From the NCBI RefSeq assembly GCF_037042905.1, contig NC_087246.1:5458001-5522000 (forward strand): DNA of 64,000 bases, read 5' to 3'. Below the pieces are notes generated by a model. That model saw only the letters and a program-made list of their open reading frames with translations, did not search any database and was not told where the DNA came from. A program made the position numbers and the translations under genes. Below are positions 62,200 through 64,000 of the stretch, in pieces (positions within the stretch are counted from its first letter, which is position 1; each line of letters starts with the position of its first letter). This DNA is from Lytechinus pictus (Eukaryota).

Positions 62200-64000
62200 A
62201 TTTATCTTTTTTTTCAGTTTCGGGAGAGGTCAGTAGCGTATTGAGTCTTATATTTTTAGAAGGCCATATGGCTTAAAAGGGCACCATTCATTTTAAAAAG
62301 TACAATTTTTTATATGAAAATTTAATTTTGTGATAGCTAGATTGTGACATATAGGCCCTATTTCAAAATTATATTTCACCCTGTCCCATTGTGTAGGTCT
62401 ATATCAGCGAGGGGGGGGGGGGGGGTTATGCCTACTGAGACTCAGAGGTTTTAAGTTTGATAGCTTCTATTTCTACGAGAAAGGGTACTATACGTACTAG
62501 ATCAAAACTAGGAGCAAAGCGCGAACTGAAAAATGCGAAAAATTATTGACCCCAAAATGGGCAACTTATATTTTGAGGACTATTGTTCGTTTTCAGGGTT
62601 ATTTCTTTTTCATGCGCTCTTTTAAATTTCAATTATCATTTTTGTTTTGTTTGTTTGCCACTTATTTTTCATAAAAAACAGGATGAATAATAAAAAAATG
62701 ACTATATTTAAAAGGGTACGTGTTGAAATATACAGGACACACCTAACACTCTTAGAGCTTAATGGTTGTGAGGAAGCCGGGTTGAATTTCAAAGAGATAT
62801 TGTAATGAATAAAAATATAAGCATGAATGTATTATTCTACTTCATCCATCTCTTTCTAACAATACAAGAAAATAATTGAAGGGGAGGTCAACGCTAGAGA
62901 TAATCAATAAATAGAGTAAAATTCACAAAACAAAATGCTTAAAATTTATTCAAAATCGGATGACAAATAACGAAGTTAAGTTGAATTTTAAGGATTTGCA
63001 ATATTCCCATGAAACAGTTTTATTTAGGCATGTCTCATGAATATTCATTAGGTGGGCTGATGATGTCATATCCCATGTTCTTTTGTACAATATATGAAAT
63101 TAGATTTATTCAACATATTTCTACCAAGAACTTAAACAATTGGAATGACGACTAATTAACCGCATTAGTTATTTAATGCAGCAACTTTACAATGGGGACA
63201 CATTATTTACACATGTATTGAAAAATTAGATAATCATAATTTCATATCTAACATTAAAAAAGAAAAATGGGAATGTCACATCATCAGCCCACCAAATGAA
63301 TATTCATGAAGATGTGCACACTATCTGTTTTCACAAAATATTGATAAACAATTAACATAAGAAAGTTCAGCGTTGAATGTTGATTAAAAAATAAATCTCA
63401 GTTAAAATGATATCTAAGATTTTGTTTTACACGTTTCATAACCAAGTTTTAATGCGATTCTGGCCCCTTAAAGTTTTTATTGCGAGAAAATACATTTTTC
63501 CAAGTTTCCCATCTATTTTTTTATTTATTTTTTTTAGTAAAAAGGACCTATTTTCTTACAAATATATTATTATAAATAAAATTACTTCAATATTTGTTCT
63601 CCTATTCACAATATTTTTTACAGGTGGAATAGGATAAACTAAAAATAGGATATTTAATTTCCATTTTAAGGCCTATTTTTTGCTTTATATCCCCGGTTTA
63701 TATCTTTGCCACCTTGCAATATGTTAGCCAGGCTGGTTTATATCTATTTCTTTTTAAATCAAATAAATTTGGATATTTTCAATCTATTTTTATGATGCGA
63801 AGCTATATATAGTTTGTAAATATGTTTTTTAATTGCAAGAACAATCTTGTATCTCTGTTCACATATGATGGCAGTTTATTTTGCTTCTTTTTTTCTAATT
63901 TGTATGAAGTTTGTATCTATATATTTTCAAACTATTTTCCATCCTTAAAGTGTCACAACCGATATCATATTATTTTTTACCTCGTTGGCAAAGTTATTAT

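Noticed and set aside
63030..63310. Recurrent palindrome atgaatattcat as a dedicated regulatory system
   Set aside because: The occurrences noticed (~578, ~1865, ~46391, ~63037, ~63296) fall inside MITE or foldback sequence, so repeat content explains them.

Overview
This is AT-rich, intron-containing animal genomic DNA, not prokaryotic. The repeat families suggest a marine invertebrate, probably a sea urchin (inference). Most short ORFs in the supplied track are spurious. Two host genes can be reconstructed by hand. (1) ERAL1, the mitochondrial Era GTPase: + strand, 11 coding exons from 2644 to 16827, about 641 aa. It has a GC-AG intron, a ~240-aa insertion between G4 and G5, and a KH domain that lacks the GxxG loop. 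(2) An ApaH/PrpE-like (ALPH-family) metallophosphoesterase: - strand, 46148 to 43337, about 426 aa, with a long acidic N-terminal extension. Between them, 18-30 kb is a dense block of decayed transposon coding relics, all on the - strand: CR1 endonuclease, a Crypton-like tyrosine recombinase (one exon amplified into a ~160-bp satellite), a Sola-like transposase, a Kolobok-borne P2X7-ballast/KolX gene, a MADF fragment and a pogo-like transposase. The rest holds many MITEs and foldback elements, Academ-type elements with 8-9-bp TSDs, tRNA-derived SINEs, LINE relics and tandem repeats. Family assignments come from recalled motifs, not database searches.
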